A stretch of DNA of 64,000 bases from Alphaproteobacteria bacterium (GTDB lineage Bacteria; Pseudomonadota; Alphaproteobacteria; MPNO01): contig OZ219865.1 in NCBI GenBank assembly GCA_964291675.2, positions 704,001 to 768,000 on the forward strand, read 5' to 3'. How positions within the stretch are numbered: position 1 is the stretch's first letter; every line of letters starts with the position of its first letter. The translations under genes were made by a program, and so were the position numbers. Below, piece by piece: positions 48,339 through 57,619 of this stretch. The notes beneath the pieces are model-generated. The model had not been told where the DNA came from. It did not search any database and saw only the letters and a list, made by a program, of their open reading frames with translations.

Positions 48339-49081
48339 TTCTCGATCCTCCCGAAGCCCCAGTAGAAGAACACGCTGACCAGGATCACCGCAACGATGCT
48401 GGCATAGGTGCCGGGCGTGTCGAAGCGGAAATACATCTCGGAGACGATCCGTCCCAGCCCGCCGAAATCGATCAGGTATTCGATCGCAACGATGTTGACG
48501 AGAGTATACATCACGCCGATCCGGATGCCCGTGAAGATGGTCGGCACGGCGCAGGGCAGCTGGATCTTCCAGAACATCTCGCGCTCCGACAGGTTGAAGC
48601 TCCGCCCGACATTGAGCAGCGTCTGGGAGACCCCGAGAAGGCCCTGCCGGGTCTGGATGACGATGGGGATGGCGCCCGGGATGAAGCCCATCATGATCAG
48701 CGTGAGGTAGGTGCGCCCGAAGATCACCAGGAACAGCGGGTAGAGCAGCACCGTCGGCGCGGCGAAGGCGGCCGCGAGCCAGCCCTCATAGGCGATGCCG
48801 TAGCGCCGGTTGCGGTAGAGAAAATAGCCGAACGGCACCCCGATGGAGAGCGCGATCGCCGTCGACGCCGCGGTCATGCCGAGGGTGACGAAAAAGTTCC
48901 CGACCAGGTCCATGTCCTCCTGGACCGGCGGGAAGGCGAGAAACGTGTCGGACGGGCGCGGGACGACAAGCTCCATCACCATCCCGGTCTCGACCGCGAT
49001 CTCGAGCACGCAGAGGAACGCGGCGAGCCCGATGGCGCCGACCAGGACGGGCGACTTCGACAGCCTGAACGAGCCCGTCAT
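48320..49081 (-). CDS. ABC transporter permease (NitT/TauT type)
   Basis: PTVLLYPLF and LPCAVPTIFTGIRIG motifs. Confidence 0.9.
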   Translation of the reverse strand: MTGSFRLSKSPVLVGAIGLAAFLCVLEIAVETGMVMELVVPRPSDTFLAFPPVQEDMDLVGNFFVTLGMTAASTAIALSIGVPFGYFLYRNRRYGIAYEGWLAAAFAAPTVLLYPLFLVIFGRTYLTLIMMGFIPGAIPIVIQTRQGLLGVSQTLLNVGRSFNLSEREMFWKIQLPCAVPTIFTGIRIGVMYTLVNIVAIEYLIDFGGLGRIVSEMYFRFDTPGTYASIVAVILVSVFFYWGFGRIEKWLRPV

Positions 49082-49105
49082 CCCGCGCCGTCCGCGATCC
49101 CCGGT

Positions 49106-50071
49106 CTAGATCGGCTTGTGGCCCATCGGGTGGACCAGCTCCTTGAGCTGTTCGGCGGTCAGCAGCTTCTTGATCTTCCCCTCCTTGAGCGCGATCCGGT
49201 TGATGTTGTCGAGCCCGGCGACCGGCAGGAAGGTGGACAAGCTGAGCGGCGAATCCATCGGCGCCGTCTTGATGTCCTCGTAGTTGAGCTTCCAGCGCTT
49301 GGCATAGGCCTTGAGCTGCTCGTCGCTCGAATAGCTGCGCGCCTGGCCCTCGGTCAGCGCGTACATCAGGCGCGTCGCCGCATCTCGGTTCTCTTCGAGC
49401 CAGTTCACATTGGCCGCGATCACCCTGATGGTGGTGCCGGTCAGCGCGGCGGCGGCCGCCCCGGTGCCGATAATCCGGATCTTCTTTTCGCGCACCAGCC
49501 CCTTGTTGAGCGGGAAGACCGACCAGCCGGTGGCGACCTGCCCGGACATGAGCTGGGTGCGCGAGCCCGACGGCCCGCCGACCGAGACCGCCTTGGCCGG
49601 AATGTTGAGCGCCTCCTTGATGAACAGCACGGCGAGGTTGGTGGTCGAGCCGGGCCTGGAATAGACGAACTCGTGTTCGGCCTTGAGGTCCTTGAAGCTC
49701 TTGATCGGGCTGTCGGGCTTCACATACCAGTAGAGGTCCGGCACGCCGCGGATATTGCTGCCCAGCACGCGGACCGGCGCCCCTCTCGAATAGGCCGAGA
49801 CCACGCCGAGCACGCCGTTGCCCCAGACCACGTCCTGGCTCCCGGTGATCACCGCCTGGAGCGACGCCGCGCCGCCCGAGCCGTGGATGATCGAGACGTC
49901 GAGCCCGTATTTCTCGAAGATCCCGTTCTCCTTGGCGGAGTAGGGATGCTCGGTCTCGAACACCACCTTGGTGCTGTTGACCATGCGGACCTTGTCAAGC
50001 GCTGAAGCGGGCGCGGCGGCCACCGCAGCCGTCATGACGGCGAGCGCCGCCGTCTTCACATATCCAGCCAT
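49106..50071 (-). CDS. ABC transporter substrate-binding protein (NMT1/SsuA-like)
   Basis: Signal peptide; GIFEKYGLDV, IKSFKDLK and SRPGSTT motifs. Confidence 0.88.
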   Translation of the reverse strand: MAGYVKTAALAVMTAAVAAAPASALDKVRMVNSTKVVFETEHPYSAKENGIFEKYGLDVSIIHGSGGAASLQAVITGSQDVVWGNGVLGVVSAYSRGAPVRVLGSNIRGVPDLYWYVKPDSPIKSFKDLKAEHEFVYSRPGSTTNLAVLFIKEALNIPAKAVSVGGPSGSRTQLMSGQVATGWSVFPLNKGLVREKKIRIIGTGAAAAALTGTTIRVIAANVNWLEENRDAATRLMYALTEGQARSYSSDEQLKAYAKRWKLNYEDIKTAPMDSPLSLSTFLPVAGLDNINRIALKEGKIKKLLTAEQLKELVHPMGHKPI

Positions 50072-50136
50072 TTGTTCCCTCCTGATGTTCAGCCGCAGCA
50101 GTCTATCCGAAAGCCGCAACGCCTGCGAAACCTCCC

Positions 50137-50943
50137 CTACCGCCCGGCCAGTTCGGCTTCCGACTCGACCATCCCGCGCGATGCCTCCTCGCGAAGCAGG
50201 GTCCACAGCCGGCCGACGTATTCGCCGAACTTGGGCGTCGAGATCACCTCCGACGAGCGCGGACGCGGCAGGTCGACCGAGATCACCTCCTTGATCCTGC
50301 CCGGGCGGAACGACATCACCACCACCCGGTCGGACAGCTGCACCGCCTCGGTGATGTTGTGGGTGATCAGCAGCATGGTCTGGTCGAGCGCCGCCCAGAT
50401 CTCCAGCATCTTGTCGCCGAGCAGCATGCGAGTCTGTTCGTCGAGCGCGCCGAACGGCTCGTCGAGCAGCATGATGCGCGGCTCGTAGGCGAGCGTCCGC
50501 GCCACCGCCGTGCGCTGCTTCATCCCGCCCGAAAGCTGCGCCGGGTAGTGGTTCTCGAACCCTTCGAGACCCACGAGGCTGACGAATCTCCGTGCCTTGT
50601 CCTCGCGCTCGCCCCTGGCCATGCCCTGGGCCTCGAGCGGGAAGGCGACGTTGTCCAGCGTGGTCCGCCAGGGAAAGGTCGATTCCTCCTGGAACACCAC
50701 CCCGACATCGCGATGCGCGCCGTCGACCGGGCGCCCGTCGATGCGCACGCTGCCCTCGTACTGGCCGATCAGCCCGCCGACGATGTTGAACAGGGTCGAC
50801 TTGCCGCAGCCGCTCGGGCCGATCACCGAGACGAACTCGCCCTGGGCCACGTCGAGCGTGACCCGGTCGAGCGCCTGGACCGGCTTGTCGCCGTCCGCGT
50901 CGTAGGTCTTGGAGACCTCGGAAATCTCCAGAATATTGGCCAT
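50137..50943 (-). CDS. ABC transporter ATP-binding protein
   Basis: GPSGCGKST, LSGGMKQR, LLDEPF and ITH motifs. Confidence 0.93.
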   Translation of the reverse strand: MANILEISEVSKTYDADGDKPVQALDRVTLDVAQGEFVSVIGPSGCGKSTLFNIVGGLIGQYEGSVRIDGRPVDGAHRDVGVVFQEESTFPWRTTLDNVAFPLEAQGMARGEREDKARRFVSLVGLEGFENHYPAQLSGGMKQRTAVARTLAYEPRIMLLDEPFGALDEQTRMLLGDKMLEIWAALDQTMLLITHNITEAVQLSDRVVVMSFRPGRIKEVISVDLPRPRSSEVISTPKFGEYVGRLWTLLREEASRGMVESEAELAGR

Positions 50944-51035
50944 GGTTCTCCGCACCGCGCCCGCGTGGGATCATGTTTCGTCGCTGGCGCGCCGACTGTC
51001 AACGGCGCCGCCGGACCCAACCGCCGGAGCACCCC

Positions 51036-52112
51036 ATGACCGAGCGTTTCGAGACCACGCACGAAATCATCCGCGCCGCGCGCGCGAGCGTCAGCCAGCC
51101 GGTCTGGAACTACATCACCGGCGCCGCCGAGACCGAGACCACGATGCGGCGCAACCGGCATGCGCTCGACCGCATCGCCTTCCGCCCGCGGGTGCTGCGC
51201 GACGTCTCGGACATCGACGTGAGCGGCAGCCTGCTCGGCCACCCCCTCCGCATCCCGGTGCTGCTGGCCCCGATCGGGTCGCTGCAGACGATCACGCCGG
51301 ACGGCGCCATCGCCGTCGCCCGGGCGGCGGCGGCCTTCGGCACGCTGCAGATGGTCTCGACCGTCACCCAGCCGGGGCTGGAGGAGATCGCGGACTCGGT
51401 CGATCACCCCAAGATCTTCCAGATCTACATCCGGGGCGACGACGGCTGGATCCGCGAGCTCGTCGCCCGCGCCCGCGACGCGGGCTATGCGGCGCTGGCC
51501 CTGACCGTCGATTCGGCGCATTACGGTCGCCGCGAGCGCCAGCTTCTCTCGCGCTGGCTGCCGCCCAGCGTCCGCACCCAGACCGGGCGCGAATGGCAGA
51601 CCAAAATCACCTGGGAGACCATGGCGATGATGAAGGAGCATGGCGGGCTTCCCTTCATCCTCAAGGGGATCCAGACCGCCGAGGACGCCGAGATGGCGGT
51701 CGAGCACGGGGTCGACGTCGTCTACGTCTCCAACCACGGCGGGCGCCAGCTCGACCACGGCCAGGGCGCGATCGACATTCTGCGCGAGGTGGCGGCGGCG
51801 GTCGACGGAAGGGCGGAGATCGTGCTCGATTCCGGCATCGCGAGGGGCTCGGACGTGCTCAAGGCGCTGGCGCTCGGGGCCGATGCGGTTGCCATCGGCC
51901 GGCTCCAGGCCTGGGCGCTCGCCGTCGGCGGCACCGCCACCCTGATCCGCGCGCTGGAGATCCTGGAAGCCGAGATGCGCAACGCCATGGGGCTGGTCGG
52001 CGTCACCGCGCTCGACCAGCTCGACCCGCGCTACCTCGCCGCGGCGCCGGCGGTCACCGAGGCCACCGAGCTCGGCGCGTTTCCGCTGCTGGGGGAGGAG
52101 ATCCGGCTTTGA
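51036..52112 (+). CDS. FMN-dependent alpha-hydroxy acid oxidase family protein
   Basis: FRPRVLRD, LAPIG, LTVD, LKGI, SNHGGRQLD and DSGI motifs. Confidence 0.9.
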   Translation: MTERFETTHEIIRAARASVSQPVWNYITGAAETETTMRRNRHALDRIAFRPRVLRDVSDIDVSGSLLGHPLRIPVLLAPIGSLQTITPDGAIAVARAAAAFGTLQMVSTVTQPGLEEIADSVDHPKIFQIYIRGDDGWIRELVARARDAGYAALALTVDSAHYGRRERQLLSRWLPPSVRTQTGREWQTKITWETMAMMKEHGGLPFILKGIQTAEDAEMAVEHGVDVVYVSNHGGRQLDHGQGAIDILREVAAAVDGRAEIVLDSGIARGSDVLKALALGADAVAIGRLQAWALAVGGTATLIRALEILEAEMRNAMGLVGVTALDQLDPRYLAAAPAVTEATELGAFPLLGEEIRL

Positions 52113-52168
52113 GTTTCATCTCCTCGCTCCCAAGCAGGCCCCACCCGGCATTTTAGATATGGGCATTT

Positions 52169-52203
52169 GAACCGACCAGTCATATTTTATGACGGGTCGG
52201 TTC
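52169..52203. promoter_or_regulatory. Probable TA operator (inverted repeat)
   Basis: GAACCGACCAGTCATA-TTT-TATGACGGGTCGGTTC, 16-bp arms with one mismatch. Confidence 0.6.
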
Positions 52204-52215
52204 GGGAGCGACAAG

Positions 52216-52440
52216 ATGAAGACGATCGGCGCGGCAAAATTCAAGGAGCAGTGTCTGGCTCTGCTCGATGACCTCGACCGGGATGGTCTCGTCATCACCA
52301 AGCGCGGCAAGCCCGTCGCGCGTCTCCTCCCCTTTGATCAGGAACACGCCGAATTGATCGGCAGCCTGCGTCATAAGGTGGAGGTCCGAGGCGACATCCT
52401 GTCCACGGGGATCGAGTGGGACACCGGTGCTGAATCTTGA
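52216..52440 (+). CDS. Phd/YefM family antitoxin
   Basis: MKTIGAAKFKEQCLALLD...VITKRGKPVARL. Confidence 0.88.
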   Translation: MKTIGAAKFKEQCLALLDDLDRDGLVITKRGKPVARLLPFDQEHAELIGSLRHKVEVRGDILSTGIEWDTGAES

Positions 52441-52792
52441 CACCCACATCCTCGTTCTTGCCGTCAGCGGCGCGCTACGTCCGTCGGAAGAGGCGATATT
52501 GGCGCGCGCCAGGTGGTCGGCCTCGGCCATCGTGCTGTGGGAGCTCGCCAAGCTCATCCAGCTCGGCCGGCTGAGCATGGACCTCGACGACCGCGAAGTC
52601 AGACGCGTGCTGGCACGCCTTCATATCTGGCCCCTCGACCTCGAAATCGCCAGGGCCTCCGTCCGCCTCGACTTCAGGGGCGATCCGGCCGACGAAATCA
52701 TTGCCGCCACGAGCGTGGTGCACGGCGTCCCCCTGCTCACCCGCGACCGCGTCATCAGGAGATCAGAGCTGGTTCCGCTGGCGATACCTTGA
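52427..52792 (+). CDS. vapC: VapC family PIN toxin
   Basis: NLDTHIL, SAIVLWE, DPADEIIAAT and LLTRD motifs. Confidence 0.88.
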   Translation: MLNLDTHILVLAVSGALRPSEEAILARARWSASAIVLWELAKLIQLGRLSMDLDDREVRRVLARLHIWPLDLEIARASVRLDFRGDPADEIIAATSVVHGVPLLTRDRVIRRSELVPLAIP

Positions 52793-52834
52793 GAGTGAGA
52801 GCCGCCCGGTCGAAATGACGGGCGGGAAACCGCC

Positions 52835-54637
52835 TCAGCTCGCCGTGCCGGTGGACGCTTCGCCGCTCGCGCGGGTCACCATCGGGGCGCTGTAGCCCGG
52901 CTGCACCACCACGTCGAGCAGGAAGGGCTTGCCGCCCTCGACCGCCGCGATGGCGGCATCGAGCGCCGCCGGCAGCTCGCCCGCGGTCTCCACCGGACCC
53001 GCCGCATCGACGCCCTGGGACCGCGCATAGCCGGCGAGGTCGATCGCCGGGTCGTCGATGCGCTGGCCGATCCAGCGGTTCTCGACCGGGCGGTTGCGCT
53101 CCTTCGCCATCGCCTCCTGGTGGACCTCGTCGTTGAAGTTGGACCGGTTGTTGGACACCACGAACAGCACCGGGATGTTGTAATGCGCGGCGGTCCAGAG
53201 CGCCGAGCCGCCCTGCATGAAGTCGCCGTCGCCGAGGATCGCGACCGGCACCCGCCCCGATCCCATCAGCGCGAGCCCGGCGCCGATGGCGTTGCCGGGG
53301 CCGGAGCCCAGCCCGCCGCCGCCATCGTTGCCGAGATAGTCGAGCGGCTCGGCGAAGTGGTACGAATCGCCCGCCCAGCCGAGCGGCACCCGGGTCAGCG
53401 TGATCTTCCGCTCCCCCTTGACCCGGTTGAGGGCGCCCGCGATGTCGCGCGGCGCGATCGGCGCGGATGCGTCCTTGGCCTCGGGCTCGGCGAGCGGCGC
53501 CGGATCGCCGCCCAAGAATTTGGGCTGGCCGGAGAGCCTGTCCTCGACCTCCGCGAGGAGCTGGGCCGCGAACGCATCCGGGTCGGCGAGCAGGCGCTGG
53601 TCGCCGACGGCGAGGCCGAAATGGTCCATCGACCAGCCGTTGTGGACATAGGAGTCGAGCGTCACGTCGATCACCCGCGCCTCGACCCCGTAGCCGAGAC
53701 CGAGCGCCTTGAAGGTCCCGGCGAGGTCGATCCAGTCGAGCACGAGAAGCGCGTCCGCCCCGCGCACGAGGCCCTCGCCCGGGCCGCGCACCCAGTTGGA
53801 CGGCGGGCCGGCATGCAGCGGATGGCCGGTCGGGAAGGAGGCCGACGTCTTGAGGTCGGTCACCACGCGGGCGCCCAGCATCTCGGCGAGACGCACGCGG
53901 CAATCCCAGCCCGCCCGGCTGCGCGAGACCCGCCCGACCATGATCACCGGCCGTTCGGCGGCGACCAGCGTGTCGGCCGCCCGGGCCACCGCGCCGGCCG
54001 AGGCGTGCGGCGTCTCCGGCGCCGCGAAGCGCGCGGCATCCGGGATCGTCACCTCGCCGGCGAGCCGTGCCTCCTGGAGCCCGGCGTCGAGGCAGATATA
54101 GACCGGGCCGCGCGGCGGCGTCTTCGCCATGATGCCCGCGCGCAGCATGGTCTCGACGATCGCCTCCGCCGAGCGCGGCTCGTCGTCCCACTTGACGAAG
54201 TTCCGGAGCATCATGCCCTGGTCCTTGGCGGTGTGGATCCAGTCGATCCACGGCCTGCGCAGCGGCGCATCCACCGGCCCGGTCGCTCCCATCACATAGA
54301 CCGGCGCGCGGTCGCACCAGGCGTTGAACATCGCCATCAGACCGTGCATCAGCCCGACATTGGAATGGACGATCGCCCCCATCGGCTCGTCCGTCACCTT
54401 GGCGTAGCCGTGCGCGATCGAGACCGCGTGGTCCTCGTGCAGGCAGAGCAGCATCTGCGGGTCTTCGTTGCCGAGATAGTTCACGATCGAGTCGTGGAAC
54501 CCGCGATAGCTGGCGCCCGGGTTGAGCGAGACGTATTTGATGCCGAGCCGGCGCAGCATCTCGGCCGCGACGTCGCTGGTCCATTCCATCTGGCGGTTGC
54601 CGCCGAGCTCCGGGCGGTCGAATTGCAGCATGTTCAT
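52835..54637 (-). CDS. TPP-binding enzyme (benzoylformate decarboxylase/acetolactate synthase superfamily)
   Basis: NPGASYRGFHDS, LHEDHAV, HSNVGL, GGGGLGSG and GDGDF...NN motifs. Confidence 0.88.
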   Translation of the reverse strand: MNMLQFDRPELGGNRQMEWTSDVAAEMLRRLGIKYVSLNPGASYRGFHDSIVNYLGNEDPQMLLCLHEDHAVSIAHGYAKVTDEPMGAIVHSNVGLMHGLMAMFNAWCDRAPVYVMGATGPVDAPLRRPWIDWIHTAKDQGMMLRNFVKWDDEPRSAEAIVETMLRAGIMAKTPPRGPVYICLDAGLQEARLAGEVTIPDAARFAAPETPHASAGAVARAADTLVAAERPVIMVGRVSRSRAGWDCRVRLAEMLGARVVTDLKTSASFPTGHPLHAGPPSNWVRGPGEGLVRGADALLVLDWIDLAGTFKALGLGYGVEARVIDVTLDSYVHNGWSMDHFGLAVGDQRLLADPDAFAAQLLAEVEDRLSGQPKFLGGDPAPLAEPEAKDASAPIAPRDIAGALNRVKGERKITLTRVPLGWAGDSYHFAEPLDYLGNDGGGGLGSGPGNAIGAGLALMGSGRVPVAILGDGDFMQGGSALWTAAHYNIPVLFVVSNNRSNFNDEVHQEAMAKERNRPVENRWIGQRIDDPAIDLAGYARSQGVDAAGPVETAGELPAALDAAIAAVEGGKPFLLDVVVQPGYSAPMVTRASGEASTGTAS

Positions 54638-54640
54638 CGC

Positions 54641-55720
54641 TCAATACTCCGGTGACCTGAGGGTGAGAAAGGGAAAGGCGGACAATACCGAGGGTTCGCG
54701 CACCGGCGGGGCGGGGTGGAGGAAGCTCCCGTCGAGCCGGTCGAGCCGGGTGAGACCCATCAGCCCCATCGAGATGCGCATCTCCTCTTCCAGGAGCTCG
54801 AGGACGCGGACGATCCCGGACATGCCGGCGGCGGCGAGGCCGAACCCCTGCACCTTGCCGATGGCGACCGAATCGGCGCCCCGGGCGATCGCCTTGACGA
54901 TGTCGGCGCCGCGCATGAAACCGCCGTCGACGACGATCTCGGCCTTGCCGCCGACCGCTTCGACCACCTCCGGGAGCATGTCGATGGTCGCCCTGCCGTG
55001 GTCGAGCTGGCGCCCGCCGTGATTGGAGACGTAGACGGTGTCGACGCCGTGCTCGATGCAGAGCGCCGCGTCCTCGGCCGTCGCGACCCCCTTGATCTGG
55101 AGCGGGATGTCGAAGGAGTCCTTGAACCACTTGACCAGGTCCCAGTCGAGGCTCGCCTGGTACTCCATACCCTCGCCGGCCGAGCGGCGCGCGGTCGGCA
55201 CGTAGCGCTTGATCAGGTCGCGCTCGCGCCGCGAATAGAGCGCCACGTCGACGGTGAGGCAGAAGGCGGCATAGCCGGCGGAAATCGCGCCCCTGGCCAC
55301 CTCGGCCACCGACTCGCGGCCGCCGCGGACATAGAGCTGGTACACCTTCGGGTGGCCGGTGCCCTTGGCGACCGCCTCCATCCCGGGATGGGTCACCGAG
55401 CTGAGATAGGAGACGGTGCCGAACGCCTCGGCCGCCCTTGCCACCGCCATCGAGCCGTCCGGGTGCATGAGCTCGAGCGAGCCCATCGGCGCGAGCGACA
55501 CGGGGAGCCGGGTCGGGTGACCGGCGATGGTCGCCGAGAGGTCGATGGCGCTCACGTCGTTGAGCACGCGCGGCCGAAAGGCGATCGAATCGAGCCCCAG
55601 CCGGTTGCGCAGCAGCGAGGTCTCGGTCTCGGCGCCGCCGGTCAGGTAGTCCCAGGCGCCGTCCGACAAATTGCCGCGCGCGGCGGCGACGATCTCGTGC
55701 AGTGTCGCGAAGTCAGCCAA
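54641..55720 (-). CDS. FMN-dependent alpha-hydroxy acid oxidase family protein (paralog of 51036-52112)
   Basis: FRPRVL, LTVD, IKG, SNHGGRQLD and DGGF motifs; TTG start after GGAGG. Confidence 0.9.
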   Translation of the reverse strand: MADFATLHEIVAAARGNLSDGAWDYLTGGAETETSLLRNRLGLDSIAFRPRVLNDVSAIDLSATIAGHPTRLPVSLAPMGSLELMHPDGSMAVARAAEAFGTVSYLSSVTHPGMEAVAKGTGHPKVYQLYVRGGRESVAEVARGAISAGYAAFCLTVDVALYSRRERDLIKRYVPTARRSAGEGMEYQASLDWDLVKWFKDSFDIPLQIKGVATAEDAALCIEHGVDTVYVSNHGGRQLDHGRATIDMLPEVVEAVGGKAEIVVDGGFMRGADIVKAIARGADSVAIGKVQGFGLAAAGMSGIVRVLELLEEEMRISMGLMGLTRLDRLDGSFLHPAPPVREPSVLSAFPFLTLRSPEY

Positions 55721-55838
55721 TCGCTCCTCCCGGGCAGGACCTGCCGCACAGGGTCTAGCCGCGCGGCGACCGCCTTGTCCAGCGGGGCCCCGCTCGCCGG
55801 CGGTTGCGGCTACCCTCGCGCCCAGCCGTTCGCCCCAC

Positions 55839-55927
55839 TGTCACCCCGGGCTCGATCCGCGGCCCGGAGCCACGCGTTCGGACGTTGGAGCGGTTGCACC
55901 GGGCCCCGGAACAAGTCCGGGCCGACG
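55839..55927. repeat. Degenerate family B REP doublet
   Basis: TGTCACCCCGGGCTCGATCCGCGG ... CCCCGGAACAAGTCCGGGCCGAC. Confidence 0.5.
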
Positions 55928-55984
55928 GCGGGGGGCGGAGACGTTGCCGCGGGCTCGCGGTCGGCCGTTGCCGAAAGACTCCTC

Positions 55985-57619
55985 CTACCCCGCGCCGTCC
56001 TCGCCTTTCACCCGGCGCACCTCGGTGTTCATCTCCACGTCCTTGCGCCGCCGCTGGGCGATGATGCGGCCGGTCTCGAAATAGTCCCCCTGCGTCGCGA
56101 GCTGGGCCGCTCGGTCGAACTCGTCCGACCATTCGCCGAGGCTGTAGCCGTGCCACGGCGTCTCCGGCTTGAGCGGCGGCAGGCCGAGCTCCTCCCAGAT
56201 CGTTCTCGCGTTCTCCATGAATTCGCGCTTGGGCAGCGAGATGGGCGGGAAGTCCTCCTTCAGCGTGGCGTCGATCAGCACGCTCGCATCCTCGCCGTCG
56301 TTGCGCAGGCTGCGCGGGCCGTGGCCCTGGTCGCGATGGCCCAGCACTTCGAGGTCGAGCGCCGGGTTGGCGCGATAGGCCATCGCCCAGAACAGCGCGT
56401 CCGCGTTGTCCGGGTCGATGTCCCGGTTGACCGCGATCACGTACTTCCCGGCCGCGCGGTGCAGCGAGGCCGCGCCGTAGAGCGCGCGCCAGATCTCGGT
56501 GCGCGGCGTCTCGCGCTCGACCTGGACCACGATCACCTTGCGGATATTGGTCAGCGGCTCGTGCAGGCCGACCCGGAGCACCCCCTTGATGCCGAGCGCG
56601 TCCCTGAGATGGGCGAGGAAGAGGGGCTCCATGGCCACCCGCTTGATGGTGCTCGACTCGGACGGCGTGACCTGGCTGACGATCGAGGTCAGCACCGCGT
56701 TCCTCCGCCGGGTTACCGCGGTCACGTCCATGAAGGCGTTGAACTCCTGCAAATTCACGTGGCCGTGGCTCTCGCCGAACGGGGCCTCGGGCTCCAGGTA
56801 CTCGGTGTCGATAAACCCCTCGACGACGATCTCGGCCTCCGCCGGGACCAGCAGGTCGACGGTCCTAGCCCTGACCACGTTCAGCGGGTGGCCGACCAGC
56901 CCGCCCGCGATGTCGAGCTCGCAGACCGTCTCCGGCAATTTCAGGGTCGAGGTGAAGGTGACGCAGGGCGGCGCGCCGAGCACCACGGCCGCCGGCATGG
57001 GCTCGCCGCGCGCCCGGTATTTCTGCCAGTGGCCGTAGATCCCGGGGCGCAGCTCGAGCGACGGGTTCATGCCGAGACGCCGCGGCGCCTTCACCTGGCC
57101 GCGGTAATTCCCCATGTTCTGGATGCCGGTGTCGGGGTCGCGGGTGATGTATTGCGACAGCGTCGTGTAGGGCGCGTTGTCCCAGCCGGGGGTCGAGATC
57201 GGCACCGGGATGCCGTCGAGCGCGTTGCCCTCGGCATCGAGCGCCTCGTCGGCGAACACCAGCTCGTGGCACGGCGCGTCGGCGACCTCGCGCGGCGGGA
57301 TCGGGTTGGCGATCGCCTCCGCCCAGCGTTCCTCGATCTTCTCCAGCTCGCAGCCGATGCCGCGGCGGTAGATCTCCCGGCTCGCCGCCAGCCCGCCGAC
57401 GATCACCGGGATGCCGTAGCGCCGGCCCCGCGAGTCCACCACGTTGGTGAACAGGAATGCCTTGCGCTCGGGCTCCGGGATGCCGCCGCGAAACTGCCAG
57501 CGGACCAGCGGATGCATCTCGGTGTCCTTGTTGATCTCGCGGTCGACGCGGACCAGCAGCCCGGCCTCGTCGAGCGCGGCGATGTGGTCGTGCAGGTCAG
57601 GATAGCCGCGCTCAGTCAT
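55985..57619 (-). CDS. UbiD family (prFMN-dependent) decarboxylase, paralog 3
   Basis: QNMGNYR, PAEAEIVVEG and EAPFGESHG (Arg/Glu/Glu catalytic set), LIDAT. Confidence 0.9.
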   Translation of the reverse strand: MTERGYPDLHDHIAALDEAGLLVRVDREINKDTEMHPLVRWQFRGGIPEPERKAFLFTNVVDSRGRRYGIPVIVGGLAASREIYRRGIGCELEKIEERWAEAIANPIPPREVADAPCHELVFADEALDAEGNALDGIPVPISTPGWDNAPYTTLSQYITRDPDTGIQNMGNYRGQVKAPRRLGMNPSLELRPGIYGHWQKYRARGEPMPAAVVLGAPPCVTFTSTLKLPETVCELDIAGGLVGHPLNVVRARTVDLLVPAEAEIVVEGFIDTEYLEPEAPFGESHGHVNLQEFNAFMDVTAVTRRRNAVLTSIVSQVTPSESSTIKRVAMEPLFLAHLRDALGIKGVLRVGLHEPLTNIRKVIVVQVERETPRTEIWRALYGAASLHRAAGKYVIAVNRDIDPDNADALFWAMAYRANPALDLEVLGHRDQGHGPRSLRNDGEDASVLIDATLKEDFPPISLPKREFMENARTIWEELGLPPLKPETPWHGYSLGEWSDEFDRAAQLATQGDYFETGRIIAQRRRKDVEMNTEVRRVKGEDGAG

